Shown here piece by piece: positions 52,040-56,117 of a stretch of DNA of 56,117 bases. The notes under the pieces were generated by a model that did no database searches, had not been told where the DNA came from, and was given only the letters and a program-made list of their open reading frames with translations. Position 1 is the stretch's first letter; every line of letters starts with the position of its first letter. Both the position numbers and the translations under genes were made by a program. Origin of the DNA: Octopus bimaculoides (taxonomy: Eukaryota); NCBI RefSeq assembly GCF_001194135.2, contig NC_068985.1, positions 83,193,707 through 83,249,823 of the forward strand, written 5' to 3'.

Positions 52040-53075
52040 TTGCTGTTAGCATGCCAGATGAAATATATTTCATCTGTCTTTGTGATCCGAGTTCAAATGC
52101 TGCCGAGGTTGACTTTGCCTTTTATGCTTTCGAGGTCAATGAGGTAAATACCAGTTATACACTGGGGATTGATGTAATTGACTAACCATCCCCCAAAATT
52201 TCAGACCTTATTATTGTTGCCAATGCCCCTGGACTGGCTCTTGTGCAGGTGGCACGTAGAATACACCATTTTGAGCGTGGCTGTTGCCAGTACCGCCTGA
52301 CTGGTCTTCGTACCGGTGGAACGTAAAAGCACCCTCTACACTCTCTGAGTGGTTGGTGTTGGGAAGGGCATACAGCTGTAGAAACTCTGCCAAATCAGAT
52401 TGGAGCCTGGTGTAGCCATCTGGTTTCACCAGTCAGTCAAATCGCCCAACCCATGCTAGCATGGAAAGCGGACGTTAAACGATGATGATCATGATGATGA
52501 TGATGAAGTTATTGAGCTGGTAGAATTGATAGCATCTTGATAGCCAGGCAAGATGCTTAGCAGCATTTCATCCATCTTTATATTCTGAGTTCAAATTTAT
52601 ATGAGGATGAGTTTGCCTTATATCCTTTCGGGATGCTTATACATACCACTGGCACAAGTGCCATTTGCGTGACACCGGTATCTACCATGGCTGCGATTTT
52701 GCTTGGCTTCATGGATCTTCTCATTATTGACTTTGCCTCTCATATTTTTGAGGTCAATGAAATACATACCAGTCATACACTGGGGTTGATGTAATCCACT
52801 AAGCCATCACCCCACCACCACGTCCTGTCTCCCAAAATTTCAGGCCTTATTATTTTATTCGGCAACAAGCTGGCAGAATTGTTAGCATGCCAGGCAAAAT
52901 AGTTAGGGACAGTTCGTCCATCCTTGCATTCAGAGTTCAAATTCCATTGAGGTCACCTTTGCCTTCCATCATTTTGGGGTCAATAAATTAAGCACCAGTG
53001 AAACACTGGGGTCAATGCATTCAACTTACCCGCTCCCCACAAATTTCAGGCCTTGTGCCTATATTAGAAAGGATT
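52040..53075 (+). mobile_element. SINE pile-up: at least four family B pieces plus a young family C copy (about 52215-52505)
   Basis: Repeated GACTTTGCC..TCAT..TTT.GGGGTCAAT core; family C matches 3334 and 23322. Confidence 0.85.
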
Positions 53076-53699
53076 ATTAGTATTATGATTATTTGGTCTC
53101 TAGTCAGCCTTGATTAAGTTAATCAATGTATAATAGCATTCTAGCCAACCATGCCCCTCTCATCATATTTTTAATACATGGTATGTCTTGTACTGTATTA
53201 TCTGCCATATGCCTATTAATCCCATTGTTTAACTCCTTACCAACCCTCTTCAAGCAAACCTTTAATCATAAGCACTCCAGTTATGACCATTTCATCATTT
53301 TTTTCTGTGCTGAGATTTCTGCACTGAATTATACAACTTTTTCTAAAATGATTGGGAATGATTTGAAGATTTGGCTACTATTTCTAGCAACTTGAGCAAC
53401 CATATATAGGCTCTTTTGCTGGATTACTGTACCCTTCTTTACTTAAGACCGTAAGTCTAATTTAAAGCTTGGCAGCTAATTCTAGCTAGTTAGGTAACCA
53501 CTTGGCAATCTCAATTTTTGCTTCTTAGGTGTTGATATATGCTAATTTTTCTTTTCTTTTACACCACTGGTCCGTTTTGATCAAGCAGATCTTTAATTAA
53601 ATATTTTCTCTCCATCACTGTCCTATCGGGAATTTTTAAAAAAATTTTTTTTTAGCTAGTGTAACCCAGATTTACGTCTATGAATTTGTTTTGCAAGAT

Positions 53700-53920
53700 T
53701 CCTGATTTATTTTGAGAATGGACTAAACAGAACAGGAGGATACACATGGGATAGAATAGTCACTGAAGAAGTCACAGATGTGTGACGAAAGATTTCTAGA
53801 CAATGAACATAAAAAGAAATAAGAACAATAATAAATGACTGTAGAACGAATATATAGTGTGTATATTTATTTGGCAAAGAAAAGAAATATCCTGAAATGT
53901 AACAATATATAACCCAGATC
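53700..53920 (+). mobile_element. Penelope-like terminal fragment with hammerhead-like motif (53759-53801)
   Basis: CTGAAGA-A-GTCAC AGATGT GTGAC-GAAA-GATTTC; homologous to 48949-49217. Confidence 0.6.
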
Positions 53921-54035
53921 ATATTGTCTAAAGTGGTCAGTTGGCAGACTCATTAAACCACTGAATAAAATGTTTAGTCGTTTCCATTCCCTGCCATCTG
54001 AATTCAATTCTTGTTGCGGCTAACTTCCCCTATAA

Positions 54036-54480
54036 CACTTTAGCATTTAAACTGACTATATTCCTCCTGTTTTATGCTAAAACTGACCAGATCTGGCTTC
54101 ATTCACCAACCTTACTATGTCATTTTAAAAATAAACTATCTCATCATCAAAAGATTGAAACTATGTAATAATACATAATTAAATTCAGCACAATGTTTGT
54201 AAACATGCATTACATTTGACAGAAAAATCTAAATACTAAAGTGTTAACCCCTTCAATACCGCTTCTCCAAAAACAGTTCCTAATTCTATGATAACAATTA
54301 TAATACAAATTATTTGTTTTCAAGTGATCTAAATTAAAACTTTCTGTCAAAATCTCGTATTCATTTAATATTCCTAACAGCAGCTTAATTATGACAAAAT
54401 TATTTTTCTAGATTCTTCATAATTTTCAAAATTAATTGAAACAAATATAATGCAATAAACATGAATTCTCAGTACAGTTA
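54036..54480. mobile_element. MITE M2 (54036-54243) abutting reverse MITE M1 (from 54248), sharing one TTAA
   Basis: ...AATACTAAAGTG-TTAA-CCCCTTCAATACC...; right end of M1 is degenerate. Confidence 0.75.
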
Positions 54481-55752
54481 TTACTTTCATCTCTTATAGA
54501 GATTTTTTTTAATAGCTACTTTGCTTGTTGCAAGATCATTTGGTTTTCTATATATTGCAAGTCAGAGCAAATTACTGCTATCTCTAGCAGATGGGTATTC
54601 ACCACTGATAATGGACACAAATAGCCCAAAACCATATGGTCTAATGAAACCATCATCTGCTAGAAGGTGTTAGGGGTTCATTCCCCTGTTTGCAATATAT
54701 ATCAGGTGCAGATTGCATTGATAACCAGCTGGAGGAGGCTCCTCCTGGTTTTAGAAATGGGGTGATGAATATTACTTCTCAATATAATGCATTTCAACAA
54801 AAATATAGCCACAAAAAGGTTACTCCTTCTAAGATCAATAAATTACCAGTACTTTATCAATAAAGTACTAATGATTCCTCTTCTTCTTCTTCTTCTTTTT
54901 CTTCTTCTCCCTAACTTACTCATTCCTTCTTTCTCTTTCTCCTTTTCTCTCCTCCTACTTCTCTCTCTTATACATTCTTTCTGAATGAAAGCATCTGTGT
55001 TCAGAGCTGGAGAGGGATGGACTCCACCAGATTTTAAATACTTTACATATACTGTAATGTCATGGATGGCAACTCTACAACTACAACAGAAGTTGAGAAC
55101 CACACCCATCAAATTATCTAATGTCTTCTATATATATATTTAAAAAAAAAAAAAGACAACAGCGTGCAATTTGAGTGAAATTTAACTGCTATTTGCAGCT
55201 GTGTTGAGATACCACATAGAGGTCTGCGTAGTCGATTCATAGTACCATGTTGTGGTTTGTGATGCTTGTTGTTTAGCCCCAGGTTAGCTCTGATCAATCA
55301 GACTTCGTAGTGGTGAAGGTTATAGTGGCAGTGCTTGATGGAGACAGTTGCTTAGTGATTCTGGTATGAGATAATGCTGGTGTTGATCTTGTGGCGCTGG
55401 CATCATGATGAGAATAATCAGTGGGAGATCACAATGCTGGATGATAGCGTTGTTGTTGTTGTTGTTGTTGTTTTTGTTTAGCCCTGAGTCAGACAAGTTC
55501 AAGGAGATCTATGATCACAAGTACTCTAGCCTTGACTATTCTATTGTTTCTTTTTTTTTGTCCTGAGTGCAAGGAAAACAGGGACCACATTATTTTACAT
55601 GTGTGATTTAAGAGTGATACGGCTGTTATTCATAGCACATCCAAGCAATCCCATGGAGCAGTTTTTCTCAACCGTGCTTTATCTCTAGACCACCTTGATT
55701 CCCATTTTACTCGAATGGACCCTATTTACCATTCAATGTTTAAAAAGTCATA

Positions 55753-55970
55753 ACGTTGCAAGCTGGCAGAAACGTTAGCACACCGGGCGAAATGCTTAGC
55801 GGTATTTCGTCTGTCTTTATGTTCTGAGTTCAACTTCCGCCGAGGTCGACTTTGCCTTTCATCCTTTCGGGGTCGATAAATTAAGTACCAGTTGCATACT
55901 GAGGTCGGTCAATCTAATCGACTGGCCCCCTCCTCCAAAAATTTCAGGCCTTGTGCCTAGAGTAGAAAAG
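55753..55970 (+). mobile_element. SINE family B, young, with perfect 18-bp TSD
   Basis: AATGTTTAAAAAGTCATA at 55735-55752 and 55971-55988. Confidence 0.95.
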
Positions 55971-56117
55971 AATGTTTAAAAAGTCATATCATATTTTTAT
56001 AATCCAATTTTTTTTAACACTTGTTTCAGTCATTTGACTGTTGCCATGTTGGGGCACCACCTTGAAGGGTCTTAGTTGAACAAATCGAACTCAGGGCTAT
56101 TTTTTTTTTTTTTTTTT

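Noticed and set aside
50244-52073. Poly-(HTYI), poly-(MYVC), poly-T/V/H ORFs
   Set aside because: Translations of (CATA)n and trinucleotide repeats.

Overview
Gappy (roughly 20 N-runs, about 7 kb), AT-rich eukaryotic genomic DNA with no prokaryotic features. The SINE families, MITEs and very high (AT)n/(GT)n/(CATA)n microsatellite load look like an octopod cephalopod draft assembly (Octopus-like; inference, not tested). I found no complete or identifiable host protein-coding gene, so the window reads as intergenic or as one or more long introns. Nearly all listed ORFs are artefacts of N-gaps, microsatellites or SINEs. Interpretable content is transposon debris: dozens of SINE copies from about four families; RTE-clade LINE fragments (one ending in three C2H2 fingers); four R4/Dong-like restriction-endonuclease LINE fragments clustered in (TAA)n tracts; a Helitron 5' remnant; two dead mariners; TTAA-, hAT- and Harbinger-type MITEs; and Penelope-like termini. 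Several Penelope-like termini contain minimal hammerhead-ribozyme-like folds of two atypical types, which is the most interesting signal. Several nested insertions have visible target-site duplications or an empty-site copy in the same window. A few short splice-flanked open frames may be exons of an unrecognised gene and are low confidence. I cannot support a claim of a new biological system. SINE and microsatellite boundaries are approximate (about +/-20 bp); TSD, TIR and ribozyme coordinates were indexed by hand.
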